64,000 nt of DNA, taken from positions 62,001 to 126,000 of the forward strand of contig CAXHJY010001387.1 of assembly GCA_964016885.1 (NCBI GenBank). Reading direction: 5' to 3'. This DNA comes from Eledone cirrhosa (lineage: Eukaryota). The notes beneath the pieces were generated by a model. It made no database searches. It was not told the DNA's origin and saw only the letters and a program-made list of their open reading frames with translations. A program made the translations under genes and the position numbers. Position 1 is the stretch's first letter; each line of letters opens with the position of its first letter. This document shows, in pieces, positions 54,031-64,000 of this stretch.

Positions 54031-55138
54031 ATATATATATTTACACACACATATATAAAGGTATATTATACATACACGCGTGTGAGTGTGTGTGAGTTTT
54101 GTAGGTGGTGGGTGTATGTAGATAAGTAAGATGTTACACGCGGTTTGTGGTCGAACCTGTGGCAGTGAGTGGAGACTTCCAGTATTCTTGCATTCTTGCC
54201 CACCCTCTCCGATCATATGGTTACCCCAAATTGCGAGCCTCGTGAGGTGGAGTGGCTGTTCCAGAGCGTCTTCCTCGCTATCTGCAATGTCTGCTCTATC
54301 GTCTTCTCTATCCTGTCCGCCGGGACCACGAGGCGGACTAACCCTTAAACAAGGAGATCCTCTTCTAATCACATTTTTTATTGCATATTATGACTATTAA
54401 TACCATTAATTTTCCATTTCCCATGGAAACGGTTTAACCCTTTAGCATTTAAACTGGCCATATCCGGCCAGAACTCTCTCACTTCTTTCTGCTCAAACTG
54501 GCTATAACCGGCTGCTTATACTTATGTTAAGGTATTATTCTCAAAATAAATAATATCAAAATCTCATAGATTCGATATTGTGTGGGGTAATTTTGTGAGA
54601 TAAAGTGTTTACTATGAAAATACTATGTAAATATATAGAGTAATGTAAATACTAGAGGTTTAAGCTTTACCATAGATCATTGCGTTATTTACTGTAGAAT
54701 ACCCACTGAAGATCCTATGCCGATTCCCGGTTGATGATGCAACTGTCTGCTGGGATATACACTTATTTACGTAACTGTTACTAGCAGTTTGGCTTTTAAT
54801 GAAACTAGCGCTGTTTGGGGTTTATATTAATATTTTTATATTGTTAATGGCTGATTCGATTATCGATTGTTTGATACTAGTTGTATTAATTTCATTGACG
54901 ACCATATTTAATTTATGGGATATATCAATAGTTTTGATATTTTTATTAGATGATTTGATGGTCGCTAAGTTGTTATTCATATTAATTTTTGTTGATAACT
55001 CTAATTAACTTGTTCAATATTGCCACTACACTTCTGATTCTGTTGTGAAGTAGTTTGTTACTGGATTCATTTCAGTTAGCTTTGAGTAAAATGGTGTGAG
55101 GTATGGTGTTGAAGTACTGTGGCAATATGATTTTGTGA

Positions 55139-55207
<69 letters not shown>

Positions 55208-55208
<1 letters not shown>

Positions 55209-55399
55209 GTTATTCCGGGTTGAATCGGAGGTAACCACAGTAAGTAAGGTACTCGATACATTGCAGAGTATAAAAGTTTTAATATAGATGAGATTCTACA
55301 GGACTAGAACTGTTTCATTCTTTAGAAATCATCAGGAATCTCCTGATGATTTCTAAAGAATGAAACAGTTCTAGTCCTGTAGAATCTCATCTATATTAA

Positions 55400-55403
<4 letters not shown>
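55208..55403. mobile_element. Fold-back PLE terminus: 67-nt tail plus perfect 63-bp-arm palindrome in (TA)n
   Basis: Arms 55275-55337 / 55341-55403 with a 3-nt loop. Each arm carries CTGATGA-ttc.taaa.gaat-GAAA. Confidence 0.8.
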
Positions 55404-55471
<68 letters not shown>

Positions 55472-55679
55472 AGATAAATCTACCAAAATATACGGTAGTG
55501 TCCAATCCGTATGAAGAACTCAATGTAATCCAAATATCACGAAAAGAGAAAATGTATTCAAAGTTTTTTCGATGAAAAACACAGGAAAACAGAGTCAAGA
55601 TAAATTAATAAAAATAATGAATAAAAACAAACGGTCAAATTTTCCTACTCCACAACCAAAAATATACAACAAAATATAA

Positions 55680-56282
55680 GTGCCTACAATGCATATAAAT
55701 GTGATAAAAAAAAACATGAATATACCACCAACACATCAAACTAACCATAATACTAAAATAAACCACAGCAAACCACCATCTCATTCACATACAACAAGTC
55801 GAGAAAATTCCACACCTAATTTGATTAACTCCCCTGATATAACATTCACGAAAGGTTGTAACTGTAGAAACAAAGCAAATTGCCCATTAAAAGGAAATTG
55901 CCTTATTAATAACATAGTATATAAATGTAAAATTAGCACTAAGGACTCAACTTATTCATATATAGGAGCTACTTCTAACCAATTTAAAGTAAGATTTAAT
56001 ACCCACAAACACAGTTTTAAAAATGCCGCATTAGCTAATACAACATCTTTAGCTGAAATAATGAATAATTATAGAAAAAAGAATATCGATTATAACCTGA
56101 CCTGGAGTGTGCTCAAAAGGGCCACCCCTTATCAAAATAATAGATATGAATGTAGATTATGTTCCCAGGAACTTTTTGAAATAATGAAATCTAAGGATAT
56201 CCTATTAAATAAGCGACAAGAATTAATTATATCGTGCAATCATAGAATTAGAAAAACTTTCAAAAGTTATAAACCTAATTAA
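55680..56282 (+). pseudogene. Penelope-like GIY-YIG endonuclease, C-terminal fragment of a 5'-truncated element (~55480-57178)
   Basis: CNCRNKANCPLKGNC, IVY...YIGAT..FKVR..H and CRLC..E...LLNKRQE..SCNH motifs. Followed by an AT-rich 3' UTR and a hammerhead. Confidence 0.9.
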
Positions 56283-56989
56283 AATACACTTATATTTTAC
56301 AAATTATTATAATTAATTTTTTTAAAATTAGTTAACCTATAATTAATATTCTACTACTAAGAACTGCATAATTTTATTTCCCTTTTACAGCTATCTTTTC
56401 CTAAAATTTATACTATTTTAATTTCCTGTTCTGAATCTAAATTCCTTGTAATCTATATAAGTTTGTTATTTCTCACAAATACATTTATCCCCCCCCCCCC
56501 AAAAAAAAAATTGTTTTCCTTCGTTTTTAACAACATTCTTTAATAACATCTAACTCTTATTTATCATATCTATATGAATTAATATAAATTTATCCCTATA
56601 AATATACCTATCAATTAAATTAATTTAATTTCTTTTTATAGATCTAAATTCCTTATGTTTTAAATAAGATTGATATTTTTCACTAACACATTTATCGTAA
56701 AATTTTATTCTCCTTAGATTTTAACATTAGAATTATTCTTTAATAACATCAAATTTTCGTGTACCTTTCACCGGATTGACCTATTTTCATCCCCAAAGTT
56801 ATCTTTTCATTCAAAATACTCTTTCCATTCAAAACTGAAGTCTGCATTCCTCTACCCCTAAATTAAATTTCTACTACTACTATTCTATCAACTTGACCAC
56901 TTACTACTTTTTTATTGGTCAATTCAAAACCTGTTCCCAAACAGACCTATTATATTAAATCTTTGTTGGTTCTCTTCAATAAACAGATA

Positions 56990-57127
56990 TCATTATTTCT
57001 GAAGACAGCATATATATGTGTAGGTATGTATATTCCCTCTGATAGTTTGTAACATTTTTACATAGATCTATATGATATACATACCAACACACACATATAT
57101 ATCCTAGAAACGATCGTAAAATGATGA
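56990..57127 (+). ncRNA. Type I hammerhead ribozyme with ~100-nt stem II
   Basis: tcattattt-CTGAAGA-[atatatatgtgt/acacatatatat, ggtatgtatat/atatacatacc]-GAAA-CGATCG-TA-aaatgatga. Confidence 0.8.
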
Positions 57128-57175
57128 ATTTTTTAATATAAGGAACTGTTTCTTTGTTTTTATTCATTATTTTTA

Positions 57176-57233
<58 letters not shown>

Positions 57234-57263
57234 TGTGTGTATATATATATATATGTATATGTA

Positions 57264-57771
<508 letters not shown>

Positions 57772-57775
<4 letters not shown>

Positions 57776-58596
57776 TAAATCATGTCCTTAGAATTATTAG
57801 ATAGAATATATACCATTTCCTCTCCCAATTAGCATAATTAACCATATAAAAAATCAATTAGACCAAGCTATAAGAATAAAGGTTCCTATGAAGAAATTTC
57901 CGACAAATAACCGAAAGCGCCCTCTTCGCGGTGGCTCCAATAGAGTATTTATCCAACATTTCAACACCATGTAGAAACTGACTAAATATACCGTCAACCA
58001 TACACAATAGGTGTAAATTCAAACTTAGAAGAAATGTGTACATACCGTAATTATATCTCTACCATGGTTTCATCCGTATTTTTAGACATCCAATTAACAG
58101 GATATGTCCAGAGTATCGGATTCTTCAGGAGAAAAACTCAAAATTAGACATTTAGTTTTCCAAAGTGATCGCGCCAAAAATAGATTCAAAAATGGCTAAG
58201 AATCGTGACGTGGCAGTGATCAAGTTAGAAAGAATGTGATTACTTGCTTACGGCGGGTAGGCTTGTTGCTATAAAGCGCAGCCCAATATCGCCCAATTGT
58301 ATCTCAACCTGACGGGAGATTATTAAATATAAAGGTTTACATATACATAAAGTCATAGATATATATGTTGCAACCGGTCACGTTTTGGCTCAATGAAGAA
58401 TTAATAAATTAAATAATCAGAGCAATATATCATAAATCATGTCCTTAGAATTATTAGATAAAATATATACCATTTCCTCTCCCAATTAGCATAATTAACC
58501 ATATAAAAAAACAATTATACCAAACTATAAGAATAAAGGCTCCTATGATGAAGAAATTTCCGACAAATAACCGAAAGCGGCCTCTTCGCGGTGGCC

Positions 58597-58598
<2 letters not shown>
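57772..58598 (-). mobile_element. ~657-bp non-coding unit with ~165-bp direct terminal repeats and an internal hammerhead
   Basis: 57772-57935 is repeated at about 58429-58595. (TA)n on both flanks. Confidence 0.75.
58056..58132 (-). ncRNA. Type I hammerhead ribozyme
   Basis: tctc-CTGAAGA-atccg...cggat-GAAA-CCATGG-TA-gaga. Confidence 0.85.
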
Positions 58599-58687
<89 letters not shown>

Positions 58688-60969
58688 ACGAAGGAAATGT
58701 GGTAAGGAACCAGGTGGACCATAACGCACCAAAGTACTCAATACTTAGGGTAGTAGAGTGGGTAATAGGAACGAGTAGGACCCCGACGGCTGAGCTCAAG
58801 CCGTTTCGACGGCTAATTCTGGACTAAATGAAAATTTTTATCCTGGTATATGAATAGCCGAGCTTCTCAGGGGGTAATTCCATATATGGTAAAAGTGATT
58901 GTCACAAGTATTGGTCAAAAGTTTGTTGTTGAGACACATAATTCTATCATGGCAATTTGTGGAAGGAAGGGGTAGTTGAACCTGCCAGTAGAAGAAAGAG
59001 GGATAGGGGGTGGAGGAAACCCAGTCGTGCGTTGATAGTGCCAACTACAGCAGGGCAGGAGGTGAAGGAAGTATACTAGGGAGGGGGAGGGGGGAAATCG
59101 AAACAATAAGTAAAACAATATGGGGTAAATATATAGAAAAATACCGAGAACGTTAAAAAAAACAATTAAATATAAAGAAAACAACAAAAAAACAGCAATT
59201 TCTGGTTACTATAACCTAAGGACAGCTATCAAGTCTCTCACTGGTACTGCTAGACAAAAGAAAGGTTTACTAGGTGGGACGGAATTATAATGAGACCCTT
59301 TTAAGAAGTATTAGTAATCAACCGAGTATATCTTACGGTGACGGGTCAACAAGTGCGGGGCCAAAATACTAAAGAAACTACCACGAAATAATAACTCAGA
59401 GTCCCGAGACGAATACGAAATAATGGTTTCTACCCTAGGCACAAGGCCAGCAACCACCCAGTGCAAAAAATAAACTAATACGAAATAATAATTCAGAATC
59501 CCGAAAAGGAATACTAATACTATCTCTAAGGGTGCCGCTACGACACAAAAATTCTAGTGCAAACTACATAAATGCTCGTACGAAGCCAACTCTTACACGG
59601 GAGGACGCCGTCCGTGCAATTTATGCTCGGAGGAAACTTTACAAATGCTGATTTCGACGGACCAACTCCTAAACAAGAAAGATGAACTGGTAACTGCATG
59701 CAAACACAGATTGCGTAGGACTTACCTCGCCCTCAAACCCCATAATGACCCGGGGGGGAGGGTAGACAAGGGCTATAACACCCCACTTGCCGACTTTGTA
59801 ATGGGTAACCCCTGCTTGCAAAGGTAGACGTAAGATCTTCTTTTATATCTTTTTATCGCTTCCTCTATATTTCCTTCTTCCCCCCATCCCTCCCTAGTCC
59901 GTCCACCCCAGTCTTCTTTCTTTGTCGTCGTCCTTTTCACCTTCTCGCCCACCTGAGGTAGCCCCTCGGTCCTTTGTAGCCTCAGTACCCCCACCCCCTT
60001 CCCCTATTCTATGATAGAATTGGCCGACTCCGCTTTTTATAGCAGATGTGATAGACCCCGGATACTTGCCTTCTTATCCGATGGCTGCCCTTTTCCGTGC
60101 TTTCTACATTTCTTAGTGGTATCTTTGCTTTAATTTCTCGTATATCAGTATTTATTTTTATTTTTTTTTTGGGGGGGGGGGGGGGGATTCTGAATTAATT
60201 TTCCGTATCAAATTTTTCATATACTTCGTACGAGCATTTATGTAGTTTGCACTAGAATTTTTGTATCGTAGCGGCACCCTTAGAGATAGTATTAGTATTC
60301 TTTTTCGGGATTCTGAATTATTATTTCGTATTAGTCTCGGGACTGAATTATTATTTCGTGGTAGTTTCTTTAGTATTTTGGCCCCCCACTTGTTGACCCG
60401 TCACCGTAAGATATACTCGGTTGATTACTAATACCTCTTAAAAGGGTCTCATTATAATTCCGTCCCACCTAGTAAACCTTTCTTTAATCTAGCAGTACCA
60501 GGGAGAGACTTGATAGCTGTCCTTAGGTTATAGTAACCTCAAATTGTTTTGTTTTTTTTGTTTTTTTTATATTTAATTGTTTTTTAACATTCTCGGTATT
60601 TTTCTATATATTTACCCCATATTGTTTTTCTTATTGTTTCGACTTCCTCCCCCCCCTCCCTAGTATACTTCCTTCACCTCCTGCCCTGCTGTAGTTGGCA
60701 CTATCAACACACGACTGGGTTTCCTCCACCCCCTATCCCTCTTTCTTCTACTGGCAGGTTCAGCTACCCCTTCCTTCAACAAATTGCCATGATAGAATTA
60801 CGTGTCTCAACAACAAACTTTTGACCAATACTTGTGACAATCACTTTTACCATATATAGAATTACCCCCTGAGAAGCTCGGCTATTCATATACCAGGATA
60901 AAAATGTTCATTTAGTCCAGAATTAGCCGTCGAAACGGCTTGAGCTCAGCAGTCGGGGTCCTACTCGTT

Positions 60970-60974
<5 letters not shown>
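58688..60974. mobile_element. Penelope-like element with ~750-820-bp inverted pseudo-LTRs and a GIY-YIG C-terminal remnant
   Basis: Inverted repeat 58765-59585 / 60224-60974. Centre (+) encodes YTGGRRPCNLCSEETLQMLISTDQLLNKKDELVTACKH. Tail 58688-58764 only on the left arm. (TA)n flanks. Confidence 0.85.
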
Positions 60975-61007
<33 letters not shown>

Positions 61008-61170
61008 AATAGTAAAAAGGAAAAGGATTTTTTCAGTAGAACATGCTGGAGAGATTCTTTCAGTATAATATCAAAACATTTATTTATAAAGTGGATATTT
61101 CCGCATTTAATATACATACATACACACATTTATAGGTATGAAGGTTTATATATATATATATATATGTATA

Positions 61171-61697
61171 TACATACTGCTGTACGTCTGTATACATATA
61201 TGTATGTACGTATACATACTTATATTTAAGTATCAGCCGTACTAAGAGTGAGAAATGAAATTTCATTTTTTCCATTTATCGTTTTCGGTATGCCCGGCCC
61301 ACTAACTCACTCGATATGCAAATTAGGCTGCTCAGCCGTTAATATGCATAAGGAAAATATATACTTTCAAACGCTCAATCGACTGACAGGAAGGTATACG
61401 ATGCTGATGACAGCTAATAAGCTAGAAACCAGTTCATCGTTCCTTTGTCAGTGTTGAACAAAAGAGCAACGATGGTTGCCGAACACTGTACGGCTTAACT
61501 CGGGCTGTTTGTTTACACACAAACCGAACATTATAATAAATGTTCGGTAAACCCATACGTACATATATATATATGTGTGCATGTATGTATGTATATACAT
61601 ACTACTGTACGTCTGTATACATATATGTATGTACGTATACATACTTATATTTAAGTATCAGCCGTACTAAGAGTGAGAAATAAAATTTCATTTTTTC

Positions 61698-61699
<2 letters not shown>
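61171..61699 (+). mobile_element. ~425-bp unit with ~104-bp direct repeats bracketing a hammerhead
   Basis: 61171-61274 is repeated at 61596-61699. Confidence 0.6.
61398..61440 (+). ncRNA. Type I hammerhead ribozyme
   Basis: acgatg-CTGATGA-c-agct(aata)agct-a-GAAA-ccag-TT-catcgt. Stem I extends further (aagg/cctt). Confidence 0.8.
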
Positions 61700-61791
<92 letters not shown>

Positions 61792-61857
61792 TGTGTGTGT
61801 GCGTGTGTGTGTGCGTGTGTGCGTGTGTGCGTGTGTGTGTATGTATATATGTATATA

Positions 61858-62037
61858 TCCGTATGTGGTTGACGGCTGAAAGAATAGTACTCAATACCGA
61901 AGTAGGGTTTCATATTAATTTTATTAAGGCAAAATAGTGAGTCTTGTTACTCTGGAGTTTCGCCAGTTTATCTCAGGGTCATCAGGCATGAAACTTCAGA
62001 GTAAAACAAGATTCACTATTCAGCCTCAATAAAAGGA
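61858..62037 (-). mobile_element. Fold-back PLE terminus with tail and a hammerhead core (61943-61985, minus strand)
   Basis: Imperfect inverted repeat 61919-61961 / 61990-62033. CTGATGA...GAAA-ctc.ca.gag-TA core. Tail motif AGTACTCAATAC. Confidence 0.65.
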
Positions 62038-62070
62038 ATATATATATACTGTGTATATACACACACACAC

Positions 62071-62181
<111 letters not shown>

Positions 62182-62238
62182 TATATATACATATGTGTGT
62201 GTATGTGTGTGTTTGTATATATATATGTCAGGTCACCA

Positions 62239-62824
62239 GTTGGTGCTACTGGTAACATGTATCCCAGTACAACCTGTCTCATGGTCGGGTCGTTGGCGAC
62301 TAAACTGGCAACCCCACCAAGGTTTCTTGGTGAAGAGGGTGACTTTGGACATCCTGCAGGACTAAAAACAAAACCTGTCAAAGAGCAAAGGAGCTCTTAA
62401 GAGTCAAAAATCACCGGGAGAGATGACCCCTTAGCCTTTGTCAAGGCAGAATTCTAGGAGAAGGAAAACTCTGATATAACACCTGCAACCCTGATGGTAT
62501 CCAATGATGTTGACTTGTTCTTCTTTTTGGTAAATATCATCTTGGTTAAGCGAGTGGGACTGGCTTTGTGCAGTGCCTTTGCTCACTATAAAAGCTTCAC
62601 GACACAGGCTTTGCTTTATATCTGGAGATCTCTCTGCACTTGTCATCACATGGTACCATGGGCCCAGCACTATGTATCAATGATTGTCACAAGTGTAGTG
62701 TTTGTACCAGAGTTTTAAAGTCGCTGGCTGGACTAAAAAGTCACACTCGTTCAGCGCATCGGTAGGGGCTCTCCTACATGGATATAAAGTAGTGGCCGTA
62801 CTCGAAAACGAGTTGGCAGCCACC
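62239..62824 (+). mobile_element. ~590-bp non-autonomous RTE derivative
   Basis: Near-identical to the reverse complement of 28792-29384. Confidence 0.78.
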
Positions 62825-63058
62825 ATATATATGTGTATGTTGGTGTATATGTGTGTATGTACAGAAACGTATACGCACACAACTACATTCTCTTGGATGT
62901 CACATCTTTATACATGTGCATACATATGTGTATGTATATACACTTATGTATGCACATAAGTGTATATACTTCTTCGTGGTATGCATATACTCATGTATAT
63001 GTGTGTGTGTATGCGTATGTGTGTGTACTTATATATGTGTGCATGCATGTGTTTGTAA

Positions 63059-63373
63059 AGGCGTGACTTAGTTGTTAGATGGTTCTGCTCATGATCGAAC
63101 GGTTGTGAGTTCGAGTCAAGACTGCGTTGCTGTGTCCTTGGGCAAGACACTTTATTTTATGTTGTTTCCCTCAAATCAGCTAGCAATACTCAGGTGAACG
63201 TGTGATTTAAAGGTTAGTTTCGTCGCACAATGTGTGTCACTCAGAATCTCCCTGAGAGCTACGTTAAAGAAACTCGTGTCTGTGGAATGCTCAGCCACTT
63301 GCTTGTAAAATTTCACGTGCAGCCTGTTGTGTTGAACGCATTGTCTGGAACACTTGTTGACGAAACCAACGAC
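63059..63373 (+). mobile_element. tRNA-derived SINE of a second family
   Basis: Degenerate A box, B box GAGTTCGAGTC, GTGTCCTTGGGCAAGACACTT core and (CA)n tail. Confidence 0.75.
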
Positions 63374-63720
63374 AACACACACACACACACACATATCTAT
63401 TATCAAACACACGTATGTGTCTGCATATATTTGAGGTTCAATGCATGCATGTATACACGTATACTTATATTATATATGTGTGTGCACTGCATGCATGCGT
63501 TTGTTTGCATATATTCAAGGCCGCATGCATAGATGTATACGCGTGTACACACACACATACACGCGCACACACACCCATACATACACGCACACACACACAC
63601 ACATATATATATATGAAGTGTATGTATGTGTGTGTTTGTATATATTTGAGATGGTATGTATTACGGATACATGCACACACATATATATTTATGCATGTAT
63701 ATAATTATATATATAATATA

Positions 63721-63954
63721 TAAGAACAGAAGATGGTTAAAGGAGTTCCATGTATTTTATTATGCGCATTTCAAAAACAAACATCATCATGCAATAATAT
63801 TTGTGTTTTCATCAGATAAAACAGGAGGACATGATATGAAGGCTAAAAAGCACTTGTGGATAGTGCAGTTTTAAATCAACATACAAACTGTAGAGTGCTT
63901 CTTATCCGATATCTGCATTGCTTTATTGTACTACAATAAAACTCACCTCCTACA
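63721..63954. mobile_element. Short PLE terminus of the 31528 family: hammerhead arm (63753-63823, minus strand) joined to an inverted tail
   Basis: 63721-63881 matches 31620-31781. 63882-63954 matches the reverse complement of 31528-31598. (TA)n flanks. Confidence 0.78.

Positions 63955-64000
<46 letters not shown>

Noticed and set aside
54703-54760. CTGAAGA followed by a tcc/gga stem
   Set aside because: No GAAA core half or matching stem I, so not called a hammerhead.

Overview
Animal chromosome-end or subtelomeric DNA with no recognisable host gene. The SINE families and abundant (TA)n/(CATA)n/(TAA)n microsatellites resemble a mollusc, probably an octopus (inference). Bases 1-27250 are a degenerate (CCCTAA)n telomeric array, C-strand on +, rich in a CCCTCTA variant and organised into kilobase-scale higher-order repeats. 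The remaining ~37 kb is retroelement-derived. It holds a near-full-length Tx1/L1 LINE in (AAT)n, a disrupted RTE LINE with a nested R4/Dong-like fragment, two ~590-bp non-autonomous RTE derivatives, tRNA-derived SINEs and a solo LTR. The most notable content is a dense set of Penelope-like (PLE) and retrozyme-like elements inserted into (TA)n. These carry about 13 hand-foldable type I hammerhead ribozyme motifs, some with variant or degenerate cores. They share a head-to-head architecture of one tailed and one tail-less arm, and a conserved ACTC...GAGTRC stem at the start of the tail. Coordinates were counted by eye and may be off by a few bases.
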